This document shows, piece by piece, positions 1 through 9,821 of a stretch of DNA of 64,000 nt (position 1 is the stretch's first letter; each line of letters opens with the position of its first letter). Below the pieces are notes generated by a model. That model searched no databases. It was not told the DNA's origin and worked only from the letters and a program-made list of their open reading frames with translations. Made by a program: the position numbers and the translations under genes. The DNA comes from Bacteroidota bacterium (GTDB lineage Bacteria; Bacteroidota; Bacteroidia; B-17B0; Aurantibacillaceae). The stretch covers positions 11,664 through 75,663 of the forward strand of contig JAJNBG010000025.1 in assembly GCA_021155905.1 (NCBI GenBank), written 5' to 3'.

Positions 1-742
1 TTCCTTAGGTACCAATACATCCACCAAAACGCTGACCGTGAATACCACTCCAACAGTTGCCGTTAATAGTTCAACAATTTGCGCAGGAGATGCGACCGTT
101 TTAACAGCGAGCGGCGCGAGCACTTATAGCTGGAGTACTTCTTCTGCAGCTCCCAGTATTTCAGTTTCCCCGACATCGAATACAACTTACACAGTGAGGG
201 GGACAAGTAATGGTTGTTTCAATACAAAAACGACCATGGTTACTGTCCGTAATTTGCCGACAGTTTCTTTATCCATGTCATCCACTTTAGTGTGTGTAAA
301 CGACGGAACCATGAGCCTGGTTGGAACTCCGACAGGGGGATCATTTTCAGGAACCGGTGTCAGCGGAAATGCCTTTGACCCTTCTGTTGCAGGGTCAGGG
401 ACTTTTTCTCTAACATACGCTTATACGGATGCCAACTCCTGTGCTAATACTGATGTTAAAGCCATTACGGTAAATCTTTGTACCGGTTTGAATGAATTAT
501 CGATTAACTCATTTGTAGCATATCCAAACCCTACCAACGGAAACTTTAACATCGACTTTAACAAAGCCATCACTAACCCGATAGAAATAGAAGTGTTTGA
601 CGCGATTGGAAAATTAGTACTCACACAAACCGTGTCCACAAACCATGCGGTTATTTCTTTAGAGTCATTTGCCAAAGGAATTTACAATGTGAGATTGAAA
701 ACGGATGAATCCTATTCTATTGTCCGTGTGATTAAAGAATAA
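1..742 (+). CDS. C-terminal fragment of a T9SS-secreted surface protein (Ig-like Cys-pair repeats plus type A Por_Secre_tail sorting domain); the 5' end lies upstream of the window
   Basis: The frame is open from nt 2, so the GTG listed at 38 is internal (..SLGTNTSTKTLTVNTTPTV). The repeat 'ICAGDATVLTASGASTYSW...TYTVRGTSNGC' is the same family as in the two large genes. The last ~80 aa 'AYPNPTNGNFNIDF...GIYNVRLKTDESYSIVRVIKE' fit the T9SS type A CTD pattern. Confidence 0.8.
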   Translation, partial: SLGTNTSTKTLTVNTTPTVAVNSSTICAGDATVLTASGASTYSWSTSSAAPSISVSPTSNTTYTVRGTSNGCFNTKTTMVTVRNLPTVSLSMSSTLVCVNDGTMSLVGTPTGGSFSGTGVSGNAFDPSVAGSGTFSLTYAYTDANSCANTDVKAITVNLCTGLNELSINSFVAYPNPTNGNFNIDFNKAITNPIEIEVFDAIGKLVLTQTVSTNHAVISLESFAKGIYNVRLKTDESYSIVRVIKE

Positions 743-765
743 AAAAAACAAAACTACACTACTAC

Positions 766-797
766 AAAAAGGCTGCTTTAAAAAGGCAGCCTTTTTT
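766..797. terminator. Rho-independent terminator hairpin after the partial cargo gene
   Basis: AAAAAGGCTGC (766-776) pairs with GCAGCCTTTTT (786-796) around a 9-nt loop. A T-run lies at 792-797 and an A-run lies 5', so it could act in both directions. Confidence 0.7.
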
Positions 798-980
798 AGT
801 TTACCTATATGAAGCTAGCAAACAAAAATGCACCCGCGTTTTAAGAAATCACAAAAACGAGTACGTTTGATCGACAAACTAGGTTCGCAAAATTACACAC
901 CTATTTTTTTCTTGAGAAATGACTTTGAGAACTATGTAAATCTTAAAGCAAACGAACTAAGCCTTAAAGCCAGTAGCTAG

Positions 981-1030
981 GAAAGAAAAAGTCTCTCAAC
1001 ATCATGTAAAAACAGGCTAATGAGAGACTT
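981..1030 (-). terminator. Possible terminator of sodA
   Basis: A 10-bp stem, AAGTCTCTCA (989-998) with TGAGAGACTT (1021-1030), is followed on the minus strand by TTTTTCTTTC. The 22-nt loop is long, so confidence is modest. Confidence 0.4.
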
Positions 1031-1050
1031 TATTTTTGAGAGTAATTAAA

Positions 1051-1662
1051 TTATTTTTTAGCAGCAGTGTACAAATCGCCAACCTTAGCCCAGTTGATCA
1101 CGTTAAAAAACGCAGTCATATAATCCGGGCGACGGTTTTGATAATGCAGGTAGTACGCGTGTTCCCAAACATCCATTCCAAGAATAGGTGTTCCTTTGCA
1201 ATCCGCGATATCCATTAAAGGATTATCCTGGTTTGGTGTAGAGCAAATACATAATTTGCCATCCTTAACACATAACCATGCCCAACCTGAACCAAAGCGA
1301 GTAGCTCCAGCGGCCGCGAAGTCAGTTTTGAATTTTTCAAATCCACCTAAATCCGTTTCAATCGCTTTCGCTAAATCACCTGATGGCGATCCCGCATTTA
1401 AAGCAGGCGTCATAATTTGCCAGAACAAAGAATGGTTATAGTGACCTCCGCCATTATTACGAACTGCCGCAGGGTATTTGGAAATATTTTTACAAATATC
1501 TTCAACACTCATGTTCTCCGCATCCGTTCCTTTAACTGCATTATTCAAATTAGTAACGTAAGCCTGGTGATGCTTGCTGTAATGGATCTCCATTGTCTTA
1601 GCGTCAATGTGTGGCTCTAATGCGTCATACGCATACGGTAAAAGGGGTAATTCAAATGCCAT
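1051..1662 (-). CDS. sodA: Mn-type superoxide dismutase
   Basis: 203 aa. Motifs: '[25 protein letters not shown]', '[10 protein letters not shown]' (Gln placement typical of Mn enzymes, as in E. coli SodA 'ANQDSPLM') and '[18 protein letters not shown]'. Confidence 0.95.
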   Translation of the reverse strand: MAFELPLLPYAYDALEPHIDAKTMEIHYSKHHQAYVTNLNNAVKGTDAENMSVEDICKNISKYPAAVRNNGGGHYNHSLFWQIMTPALNAGSPSGDLAKAIETDLGGFEKFKTDFAAAGATRFGSGWAWLCVKDGKLCICSTPNQDNPLMDIADCKGTPILGMDVWEHAYYLHYQNRRPDYMTAFFNVINWAKVGDLYTAAKK

Positions 1663-1683
1663 ATTAGTTTTGGTTTTTTGGGT

Positions 1684-2334
1684 TTATATTTGTTTTAATT
1701 GTGTAATTGTTTTTGAAGGGTCGGCGCTACCGAAAACTGTATTGCCTGCTACTAATACATCTGCTCCTGCCGCCAGTAATTTTTTATAATTGTTCAGATC
1801 CACGCCGCCATCTATTTCAATTAAGGCCTTTGACTTTTTTGCAGTGATTAATTTTTTGAGTGATTCTACTTTGGTATAGGTGTTTTCAATGAATTTTTGT
1901 CCGCCAAATCCAGGGTTTACGCTCATCACACATACCAGGTCAATATCAGCAATGATATCTTCCAGTAAATGAACAGAAGTATGCGGATTTAAAGCGACGC
2001 CTGCTTTCATCCCTGCATTCTTAATATTCTGAATAGAACGGTGTAAATGTGTGCAGGCTTCTATATGAACAGTTAAAATGTCAGCGCCGTTTTCTTTGAA
2101 TAAAGTCACATAACGATCCGGATCTTCGATCATTAAATGGACATCCAAAGTTTTCTTTGCATGTTTCTGGATGGCTTTCAAAACCGGGAAACCAAAAGAG
2201 ATATTGGGAACAAAAGCACCATCCATGATATCAATATGGAACCAATCCGCGTCTGAATTATTAATTAATTCAATATCGCGTTGTAAGTTTCCAAAATCTG
2301 CTGATAAAACTGAAGGGGCAATGATATGCGACAT
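1684..2334 (-). CDS. rpe: ribulose-phosphate 3-epimerase
   Basis: 216 aa. Motifs: 'PSVLSADF..L', 'HIDIMDGAFVPNISFG', 'DVHLMIEDP', 'MSVNPGFGGQKF' and 'IEIDGGV'. Confidence 0.95.
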   Translation of the reverse strand: MSHIIAPSVLSADFGNLQRDIELINNSDADWFHIDIMDGAFVPNISFGFPVLKAIQKHAKKTLDVHLMIEDPDRYVTLFKENGADILTVHIEACTHLHRSIQNIKNAGMKAGVALNPHTSVHLLEDIIADIDLVCVMSVNPGFGGQKFIENTYTKVESLKKLITAKKSKALIEIDGGVDLNNYKKLLAAGADVLVAGNTVFGSADPSKTITQLKQI

Positions 2335-2420
2335 AATTTATATTTGCTTTCAAAAATATAAAATTAAACACATTTCAGGGATTTTTTGTTTTAACCCTTA
2401 TAAACAATTGCCAAGAGGGC

Positions 2421-2449
2421 AAAAAAAGGAGGCCAAACACAAGCCTCCT
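2421..2449 (-). terminator. Rho-independent terminator of rpoD
   Basis: AGGAGGC (2427-2433) pairs with GCCTCCT (2443-2449). On the minus strand the hairpin is followed by TTTTTTT (complement of 2421-2427). It lies 27 nt after the rpoD stop. Confidence 0.65.
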
Positions 2450-2475
2450 GATTTCTAACTAAACATAAACACACA

Positions 2476-3342
2476 CTATCCTAAATAGCCCAATAAAACT
2501 TTGCTCCTTGAAGCGTGTTTTAAGCGGCGTACTGCTTTTTCCTTGATTTGTCGAACTCTTTCACGGGTAAGTTCAAACTTTTCCCCGATTTCTTCCAGGG
2601 AATGTGAATGCCCACCGGCCAAACCATAATATAATTTTACAACATCTGCTTCCCTGGCAGTAAGCGAAGTTAAGGCCCTGGAAATTTCATTGCGTAAGCT
2701 CTCCAGCATTAATTCGTTATCCGGCGATGCTTCATGTTTATTCTCCATTAATTCATACATGCTTCCTCCGTCTTCCAGGTTACCCAATGGCGCGTCCATA
2801 CTCATATGACGTCCCTGGTTCTTCATAGTTTCACGAATATCTTCCGGTAAAATGTCCAGTATTTCTGAAATTTCTTCTGCTATTGGTTCGCGCTCCAATT
2901 CCTGTTCCAGTTTGGCAAACGTTTTATTAATCTTGTTGATAGCTCCGATCTTATTTAAAGGTAATCTAACAATCCGGGATTGCTCAGCTAAAGCCTGTAA
3001 AATAGACTGACGGATCCACCAAACCGCATAGGATATAAATTTAAACCCACGTGTTTCATCAAAACGTTGAGCTGCTTTTATTAAACCCATATTACCCTCA
3101 TTAATCAGGTCTGGAAGACTTAAACCCTGGTTCTGGTATTGTTTAGAAACCGAGACTACGAAACGCAGATTAGCCTTTACTAACTTATCCAGCGCCTGTT
3201 GATCACCCTGCTTTATTTTCTGAGCTAACAGTACCTCTTCTTCTGCCGTTATTAATTCTACGCGGCCAATATCCTGTAAATACATATCAAGCGAAGCTGT
3301 TTCGCGATTAGTGATTTGTTTGGTAATTTTCAGCTGTCTCAT
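2476..3342 (-). CDS. rpoD: primary RNA polymerase sigma factor (sigma-70 family, short Bacteroidota form)
   Basis: 288 aa. Region 2 '[54 protein letters not shown]'. Region 4 '[15 protein letters not shown]....[27 protein letters not shown]'. Confidence 0.95.
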   Translation of the reverse strand: MRQLKITKQITNRETASLDMYLQDIGRVELITAEEEVLLAQKIKQGDQQALDKLVKANLRFVVSVSKQYQNQGLSLPDLINEGNMGLIKAAQRFDETRGFKFISYAVWWIRQSILQALAEQSRIVRLPLNKIGAINKINKTFAKLEQELEREPIAEEISEILDILPEDIRETMKNQGRHMSMDAPLGNLEDGGSMYELMENKHEASPDNELMLESLRNEISRALTSLTAREADVVKLYYGLAGGHSHSLEEIGEKFELTRERVRQIKEKAVRRLKHASRSKVLLGYLG

Positions 3343-3596
3343 AACTCAAGAAATTAAATTATATTTTAAAATGTTCAAAACACTTACAAATAGACTATCC
3401 CGGTGTTCCTGAATTGTAATACGTTAAAAAAACAGAATCGTTACACGGTTTTGAGTGAAAGCATAGTTTAAATGATTGAATATGAAATCTGATTTAGGGG
3501 CAATTTTTTAAAATCTGTGATTGTTGAAAAATGAAGGCACTTTCTGAGTAAAATAACAGTTTCTACAGATTTTAAATTCCGATATTTATCCTTGAA

Positions 3597-5252
3597 ATGT
3601 TACATAATTTACGCATACAGAATTTTGCACTGATTGAAGAAACGGAAGTTCGTTTGAACCAGGGCTTAACCGTAATCACAGGAGAAACGGGAGCCGGTAA
3701 ATCTATTTTATTGGGTGCCTTAGGTTTAACATTAGGGAATCGTGCTGATGTCAGCTCTCTGCATCATAAAACCAAAAAATGCATCATTGAAGCTCAGTTT
3801 AATATTGCTGCTTACAATTTAAAACCATTTTTTGAAAGTCATGAACTGGATTATGATGAGGATACGACCATTAGAAGAGAAATAACCCCTGAAGGAAAAT
3901 CAAGAGCATTTATTAACGATACGCCAACTACCTTAAATGTACTGAAAGAATTAGGTGATCAGTTAATCGACATCCATTCTCAACATGAGACCTTATTATT
4001 AAAGGAAACCAATTTTCAGTTTGAACTGGTTGATGCCTTTTCGAAAACCATTCCTTTATTTAATGATTACAAAAAACAGTTTGGCCAACTCAGTAAATTA
4101 AGAAAACAATTAGATGATCTGACAGCACAGGAAACCCAGGCAAAAAAAGAACTGGATTACTACCAGTTTCAGTTCAATGAACTGGAGGAAGCTTCTATAA
4201 AAATTGGTGAACAAAAAACACTGGAAGAAGAAAGTGAAACGCTGGAAAATGCAGAGTTCATCAAAGGTAATCTGGTGAAATCATCTTTAGCAATTTCCGG
4301 TGGTGAAGAAAATATTGTGTCTGCCCTTGCTTTAGTAAAACAACAATTGCAAAGTGTTTCCAAATTCGGCAAGCAGTTCAATGAATTATTTGAACGCATC
4401 AATTCTGCGACAATTGAGTTGAAAGAACTGGCCAGTGACATTAATAATTGTGAAGAAGATGTGATTTATGACAATGCGCGCTTAGAAGAGGTCAATATTC
4501 AATTGGATAAATTAAATCGCTTACTGAAAAAACATGGTGTAAATTCTGAAGAAGAATTACTGGGTATTAAAAACGATATCGAAACAAAGCTTCAGCAATT
4601 TTCGTCCCTGGAAGTAAGTATTGAAAAAACGCAAAAGGAAATACGCGCTTTAGAAAAACAATGTCAATCTTTAGCCAAAGATTTATCCGATAAGCGACAA
4701 AACGCCATTGCGGGCATTGAGCAAAATATCAAAACCATGCTCAGCAGTTTATCTATGGCAAACGCGCAGTTTAAAATTGAACTAAAACCACTGGATACTT
4801 TAACGGCTAACGGACTGGATGCTATCTCTTTTTTATTTACCGCGAATAAAGGCGCAGAGTTTAAAGAATTGCATAAAACGGCATCAGGTGGGGAGTTATC
4901 CCGTTTGATGTTATGCCTAAAAGCCTTATTAGCAGAGCGCACTGCTTTACCGACTATTATTTTTGATGAGATCGATACAGGGGTTAGTGGTGATGTTGCG
5001 GATAAAATAGGTAATATTTTATTTGCCATGGGAAAAAGCATGCAGGTAATTACCATCACCCATCTACCGCAAATGGCAAGTAAAGGCAGCAATCATTTAT
5101 TTGTTTTTAAATCCGACACCAAAGATAAAACGACCTCCAGTATTAAAACACTATCGCCCGAAGAACGGGTCGCGGAAATTGCAAAAATGTTGAGTACGGG
5201 CACTCCTACGGAAACGGCTTTAAAAAACGCGAAAGAATTACTGAATGCTTAA
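3597..5252 (+). CDS. recN: DNA repair protein RecN
   Basis: 551 aa. Walker A 'GETGAGKS', long coiled-coil middle, signature 'ASGGELSRLMLCLK' and Walker B 'IIFDEIDTGVSG'. Confidence 0.95.
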   Translation: MLHNLRIQNFALIEETEVRLNQGLTVITGETGAGKSILLGALGLTLGNRADVSSLHHKTKKCIIEAQFNIAAYNLKPFFESHELDYDEDTTIRREITPEGKSRAFINDTPTTLNVLKELGDQLIDIHSQHETLLLKETNFQFELVDAFSKTIPLFNDYKKQFGQLSKLRKQLDDLTAQETQAKKELDYYQFQFNELEEASIKIGEQKTLEEESETLENAEFIKGNLVKSSLAISGGEENIVSALALVKQQLQSVSKFGKQFNELFERINSATIELKELASDINNCEEDVIYDNARLEEVNIQLDKLNRLLKKHGVNSEEELLGIKNDIETKLQQFSSLEVSIEKTQKEIRALEKQCQSLAKDLSDKRQNAIAGIEQNIKTMLSSLSMANAQFKIELKPLDTLTANGLDAISFLFTANKGAEFKELHKTASGGELSRLMLCLKALLAERTALPTIIFDEIDTGVSGDVADKIGNILFAMGKSMQVITITHLPQMASKGSNHLFVFKSDTKDKTTSSIKTLSPEERVAEIAKMLSTGTPTETALKNAKELLNA

Positions 5253-5295
5253 TCTGAACCATTATTAGTATATTTGTCCAACTAAAAAAAACACT

Positions 5296-6108
5296 ATGGC
5301 TTACAACTTATTAAAAGGAAAACGCGGAATTATTACCGGTGCATTAGACGAAAATTCTATTGCCTGGAAAGTTGCACAAAAATGCCACGAAGAAGGCGCT
5401 ACTTTTACATTAACCAATGCTCCTATCGCTATGCGTTTAGGAGAAATAAATAAATTATCCGAAGAAACCGGCGCCAAAATCATTCCTGCAGATGCGACCA
5501 GCGTAGATGACCTTACTAAATTATATACCGAATCAATGGACGTATTAGGAGGTAAAATTGATTTTGTATTGCACTCTATTGGAATGAGCGTGAACATTCG
5601 TAAGAACATTCCTTACACTGAATTGAACTACGATTTCTACAATAAAGGAATTGATGTGTCGGCGCTGTCATTTCACAAAATGCTTGCTGTTGCCCATAAA
5701 CTGGATGCCTTAAATGATCATGCTTCTGTTGTCGCGCTTTCATATATTGGCGCACAAAGAACCTATCCTTTTTATACAGATATGGCTGACATTAAAGCGA
5801 TGTTAGAAAGTATTGCCCGTACCTTTGGTTACCATTATGGTAAACAAAAGAAAGTTCGTATCAATACGATTTCCCAATCACCTACTAAAACATCTGCCGG
5901 TAACGGCATAAAAGGATTTTCCGATTTTTATACTTTCGCCGACCTTCAATCTCCATTAGGAAATGCAAGCGCTGATGATTGCGCAGCTTTTACTGTAAGT
6001 ATGTTCTCAGATCTTACCCGCATGGTAACGATGCAGAATTTGTATCACGATGGTGGTTATAGTAACACAGGAATTAGTTCTGAATTACTCGAAAAAATTC
6101 AGGGATAA
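5296..6108 (+). CDS. fabI: enoyl-[acyl-carrier-protein] reductase, FabI type
   Basis: 270 aa short-chain dehydrogenase fold. N-terminus 'LKGKRGIITGALDENSIAWKVA', 'HSIGMS', and Y...K region 'SYIGAQRTYPFYTDMADIKAMLES'. Confidence 0.9.
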   Translation: MAYNLLKGKRGIITGALDENSIAWKVAQKCHEEGATFTLTNAPIAMRLGEINKLSEETGAKIIPADATSVDDLTKLYTESMDVLGGKIDFVLHSIGMSVNIRKNIPYTELNYDFYNKGIDVSALSFHKMLAVAHKLDALNDHASVVALSYIGAQRTYPFYTDMADIKAMLESIARTFGYHYGKQKKVRINTISQSPTKTSAGNGIKGFSDFYTFADLQSPLGNASADDCAAFTVSMFSDLTRMVTMQNLYHDGGYSNTGISSELLEKIQG

Positions 6109-6149
6109 GATATTCATAACATAAATAATGCTCTTCGGCGTTTCACTAA

Positions 6150-6647
6150 ATGGCAACATACAATTTAGATATTAACGCGGAAGAGCATTTTGATTTTGAT
6201 GTTTTCTCTATTACTTCCACCGAGAGTATTTACCGTGTCGTCCATGAGCTAAACCAGGCACTCGACATTGATCTTCAATTGAACGATCTACTGGATTTTA
6301 CCCATAAGGAAGGAGAAGATTTTTATTTTCCCCTCTATGGTTTTATCCATGAAGATCTGAACATTGAATTCAACTTGCTTCCTAATCAAACCTCGTTTCA
6401 ACCGAAAGTTGAAGGGGCGCAACCTAAAGAACCGGATCTTTTTGCTGGTAATATCGAACAAACCACCAGGCTACTGCCTGAGCTGGAGAATTCGGATTAT
6501 TTCCTGATCATTAAAGGCGACAATCGTTATTTATACAACCATACCATTTTTGAATCCATAAAACTGAATCCATCTTTCATCATCGTACGGGAGATTTTTA
6601 TTGACGACCTGAAAGACAAAAAATCAAAAGGTAATTTATTGTTTTAA
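6150..6647 (+). CDS. conserved hypothetical protein, probably IPExxxVDY family
   Basis: 165 aa. N-terminus 'FDFDVFSITSTESIYRVVHELNQAL' and 'LPELENSDYFLIIKG' resemble the Bacteroidota IPExxxVDY family as I recall it. Not verified by search. Confidence 0.5.
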   Translation: MATYNLDINAEEHFDFDVFSITSTESIYRVVHELNQALDIDLQLNDLLDFTHKEGEDFYFPLYGFIHEDLNIEFNLLPNQTSFQPKVEGAQPKEPDLFAGNIEQTTRLLPELENSDYFLIIKGDNRYLYNHTIFESIKLNPSFIIVREIFIDDLKDKKSKGNLLF

Positions 6648-6872
6648 ATTTTTGATAAGGCCAACCAATGCAACAATGCTCCAGGTGCCCTCTAAAATAA
6701 TAAATGGCACGGAGCCCAGTAATATGCTACCGTAACAAGCAAAAGCACCTCCAGTGATATTCATTACAAAATAGAGTTTTCCATTATCCGCGATGTATTT
6801 GAAGGTATTTAAAAAGAACGCTAATAAAATTAGTGATACACCAATGGTACTGATCAAATCTGTATAGTTCAT
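6636..6872 (-). CDS. small integral membrane protein (three predicted TM helices; resembles CBU_0592-type proteins)
   Basis: 78 aa and very hydrophobic. Its ATG overlaps the aroA stop as TAATG (6870-6874), which suggests translational coupling. Confidence 0.55.
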   Translation of the reverse strand: MNYTDLISTIGVSLILLAFFLNTFKYIADNGKLYFVMNITGGAFACYGSILLGSVPFIILEGTWSIVALVGLIKNLKQ

Positions 6873-8116
6873 TATGATTGAGTTTGAGTAATTCCAATTT
6901 GTTTCAGGTGCTCCCAGAATAAGGGATAGGATTTCGAAACAACTTCCGGATCTTCAATGCAAAGTTCCTCCACTACTAAACACAGGGGCGCAAAACTCAT
7001 CGCCATGCGATGATCCTTGTATGTTGAAATGGCTAATATACTATCATACTTAAGCGGCGTTGTCTTGATCCATTGAATGCTGTTGTCAGATACTTCCAGT
7101 TCAATACCTGATTTCCGGGCTTCCTGTTGTAAAGCAGCAATCCTGTCTGTTTCCTTCACCTTCAATGTTTGCAGTCCTGTAAAACGGAAAGCACATTCTA
7201 ATCCAATACAAGTGCACACTAATGTTTGGGCTATATCCGGACACTCTACTAAATTTAACTCAAACATTCCTGACAGATGATTAACTGATTTTGTCAGAAT
7301 GATTTTATCTTTATGATATTCTGTGGTTACGCCAAAGCGTTGATATATCTGTTCGCATACCGAATCCCCCTGTGTGGATACGTTAAATAAACCACTCAAT
7401 ATGATTTTTGTCTGAAGCGGAGAAAGCGCCACCATGCTATAATAATAAGACGCTGCTGACCAGTCTCTTTCAACTTTGTATTCCGTTCTTGAATAAGAGT
7501 AAGGCCGTGGACCTACTGTAATTTGATTATCCAACCAACTGACCTCAGCGCCAAATTCTTTCATGATGGCGATGGTCATTTCTATGTAAGGTTTTGAAAC
7601 CGTTTCATCCGTAATATGAAGAACAAGCCCTTCCTTGAAATAAGGAGCGACTAATAGCAAAGCAGTAATAAACTGACTACTTACTTTTCCACTGATTTTA
7701 ACCGCTCCACCGTTTAATGGTTTACCTTTTATGATCAGAGGGGCGTAACCCTCTTCCTTCTTATAGGAAATATCAGCGCCCAGTTCTTTTAATACGCTCA
7801 CCAGGTCTTTTACAGGTCGCTGTTGCAAACGCTCAGAACCCCTTAATTCAAAATTTCCTTTTTGTAAAGAAAGGAAAGCGGTTAAAAACCTCATATCCGT
7901 CCCTGCATGCCCAACATCAATTACCGAAGTCTTTGCGTAATTGCTCAATGCCGATTGTAAATGCAGGGTATCATCAGAATCTGAAATATTCTGGATGCCA
8001 AAATCCAAACCCGATAAAGCTTGAATGATCAAAACCCGATTGCTGATGCTTTTTGAACCCGGCAGATCAATTTCTGCAGGAAATAAATGCTCAGGTTTTT
8101 GAAGTTTCAATACCAT
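6872..8116 (-). CDS. aroA: 3-phosphoshikimate 1-carboxyvinyltransferase (EPSP synthase)
   Basis: 'LPGSKSISNRVLII', 'GHAGTDMRFLTAF' and 'DHRMAMSFAPL'. I prefer the ATG at 8116; the ORF track starts one codon earlier at a TTG (8119). Confidence 0.93.
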   Translation of the reverse strand: MVLKLQKPEHLFPAEIDLPGSKSISNRVLIIQALSGLDFGIQNISDSDDTLHLQSALSNYAKTSVIDVGHAGTDMRFLTAFLSLQKGNFELRGSERLQQRPVKDLVSVLKELGADISYKKEEGYAPLIIKGKPLNGGAVKISGKVSSQFITALLLVAPYFKEGLVLHITDETVSKPYIEMTIAIMKEFGAEVSWLDNQITVGPRPYSYSRTEYKVERDWSAASYYYSMVALSPLQTKIILSGLFNVSTQGDSVCEQIYQRFGVTTEYHKDKIILTKSVNHLSGMFELNLVECPDIAQTLVCTCIGLECAFRFTGLQTLKVKETDRIAALQQEARKSGIELEVSDNSIQWIKTTPLKYDSILAISTYKDHRMAMSFAPLCLVVEELCIEDPEVVSKSYPLFWEHLKQIGITQTQS

Positions 8117-8119
8117 CAA

Positions 8120-8875
8120 TTAAATTTTAAATCCAACCGTTAACAAGAGGCAATGATTATTAATATACATGCTTGAAGGCGCAAAGGATTCATTGAAATA
8201 AAAAGGAGATAAGCCGTATCGAAATTGAAGCTCCACAAAAACAGCATTATGTCTCAAGCTCGTATTTTTCTGAAAACCTCCACCAACACTCAGGAATGAA
8301 CTATTCGATGGATTAAACGCGGGGCTTTTAAATTTCAGGGGCTCACGCTGGTCTACCAGGGAGTTACCATCTTCATTCACCTTTAAATGACTTTCAATAA
8401 TCCAACGGTAACAGTAACCGGCAAATATATAGGAGGAATAAATGGCATTGGTTTCTTTCTGAAAAGAATGTTTTATCTGAATTGGGAAATCCAGTTCGTG
8501 AATCGTGAGGCTGTACTTATATTTTAATCGTCCGGGTTCATAGAGCTTCAAACTGTCAGCATAAAAATAATAAGAGTTAAAATTGACGCCGTGAAACATA
8601 TATTCTGCGCCAATAAAGAGAAAATTCTGATTGTTCTTGTCCAGTCTGATTTCTTCTTTCCAAGAAAAATTAAACGCCATTTTTGGTTTGGCTTTCGAAG
8701 CATGATTCTTATTTGTTTTGTAAAAACTTAAAACCGGTGAAATCCCAAACCGTGTTTTTACGATCGGATTTTTCCGGCGGTTACGCAATTGTCTTCCTCC
8801 ATCTTCCTGTCCCAACACAGCAGAAAAAATAAAAAGTAAAAGAAAAACAACTGAATATTTAAAATAATAACTCAA
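8120..8875 (-). CDS. predicted outer-membrane beta-barrel protein, function unknown
   Basis: 251 aa with a TTG start and signal-like N-terminus 'VVFLLLFIFSAVLGQ'. Alternating aromatic/hydrophobic strands end in 'LLTVGFKI'. The stop lies 3 nt before the aroA start. Confidence 0.55.
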   Translation of the reverse strand: MSYYFKYSVVFLLLFIFSAVLGQEDGGRQLRNRRKNPIVKTRFGISPVLSFYKTNKNHASKAKPKMAFNFSWKEEIRLDKNNQNFLFIGAEYMFHGVNFNSYYFYADSLKLYEPGRLKYKYSLTIHELDFPIQIKHSFQKETNAIYSSYIFAGYCYRWIIESHLKVNEDGNSLVDQREPLKFKSPAFNPSNSSFLSVGGGFQKNTSLRHNAVFVELQFRYGLSPFYFNESFAPSSMYINNHCLLLTVGFKI

Positions 8876-8926
8876 GAATATAAATATACAATTTAATACG
8901 AATCCTCTTTGAAGTGGGAGTTTTGG

Positions 8927-9442
8927 TTATTTTGCCAAAGGAGCTTTGTACAGGGGAACCGTACTGCATGGCTCACCATACATGATTGATTTAACCAGCG
9001 GCCGTAAACCTTTTACCAGTTCAACATACGCGTGAGTGGAGACGGGCAGATTACTACAACCCTTAATGACCACACGCTTATCTTTATAATCTTCGTAGTG
9101 AATCGTCTGGAGCGCTTCATGAAAAACAACAGCCTCTAATGTGTCTGAATTCCCAAACACAATTTTTTTAGCGAATGGTTCTAAAGCAATGCTCACGAGC
9201 ATGTAAGCCCAGGTAGGAACTACCGCGTCCGCTGTACAGGTAACAGCTACCAATTTATCCTTATAGGTTGTCCAATCATGCTGTTTAATATATTCCCTGA
9301 AATCTTTTTCTTTTAAGATCAATTCATGAAACAGCAACGGTTTTAAATCAAATAAAACCCGTTCACCTTTTGGATAAAACTCTTCCAGATCAATTGTAAT
9401 TAAACCACTGTTGGCAACCTTATTTATGATCTCTTCTGACAT
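8927..9442 (-). CDS. conserved hypothetical protein (DUF2480-like)
   Basis: 171 aa soluble protein immediately upstream of a DUF59 gene, a pairing I recall for DUF2480 in Bacteroidota. The assignment is from memory only. Confidence 0.5.
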   Translation of the reverse strand: MSEEIINKVANSGLITIDLEEFYPKGERVLFDLKPLLFHELILKEKDFREYIKQHDWTTYKDKLVAVTCTADAVVPTWAYMLVSIALEPFAKKIVFGNSDTLEAVVFHEALQTIHYEDYKDKRVVIKGCSNLPVSTHAYVELVKGLRPLVKSIMYGEPCSTVPLYKAPLAK

Positions 9443-9462
9443 CTTATTTTTGAAAAATTCAA

Positions 9463-9792
9463 TTACATGAACCCAAGTTCCAGTTGAGCAACCTCACTCA
9501 TCATCTCTTTTGTCCAGGTGGGTTCAAATGTTAGGGTCAATGTTGCTGATTTTATTCCCTGAACCAGTTTCAATTTGTTTTCAACCTCGGCAGGCAAAGT
9601 TTCAGCTACCGGACAATTTGGAGAGGTGAGTGTCATGGTAATTTTAAGCTCATTCTCGTCATTCAGATCAAGCTCATAAATTAATCCCAACTCCCATATA
9701 TCCACAGGAATTTCAGGATCGTAACAGGTTTTGATCTCGTCGATCACCCGTTGCATTAACTCCGTATTTTTTGTAATTATGATTGCGCTCAT
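9463..9792 (-). CDS. DUF59/SufT-like Fe-S cluster assembly protein
   Basis: 109 aa. 'CYDPEIPVDIWELGLIY' and 'MTLTSPNCPVAETL' are the characteristic DUF59 motifs. Confidence 0.75.
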   Translation of the reverse strand: MSAIIITKNTELMQRVIDEIKTCYDPEIPVDIWELGLIYELDLNDENELKITMTLTSPNCPVAETLPAEVENKLKLVQGIKSATLTLTFEPTWTKEMMSEVAQLELGFM

Positions 9793-9821
9793 TCTGCTAT
9801 ACTGTTTGGTACCCGTCCTGC

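Noticed and set aside
798-980. A 180-nt non-coding stretch containing 'GGTTCGCAAA' (tRNA T-arm-like) and 'GCA AAC GAA CTA AGC CTT AAA GCC AGT AGC TAG' (tmRNA tag-like).
   Set aside because: No acceptor stem or cloverleaf can be drawn. The putative tag does not end in the usual ALAA-type sequence. There is no other support, so the region is left unexplained.
3381-3389. A single copy of the candidate LytTR half-site core (TTGTAAGTG, minus strand) upstream of rpoD.
   Set aside because: A 9-mer is expected about 0.5 times by chance in 128 kb of two-strand sequence. There is no second phased copy.
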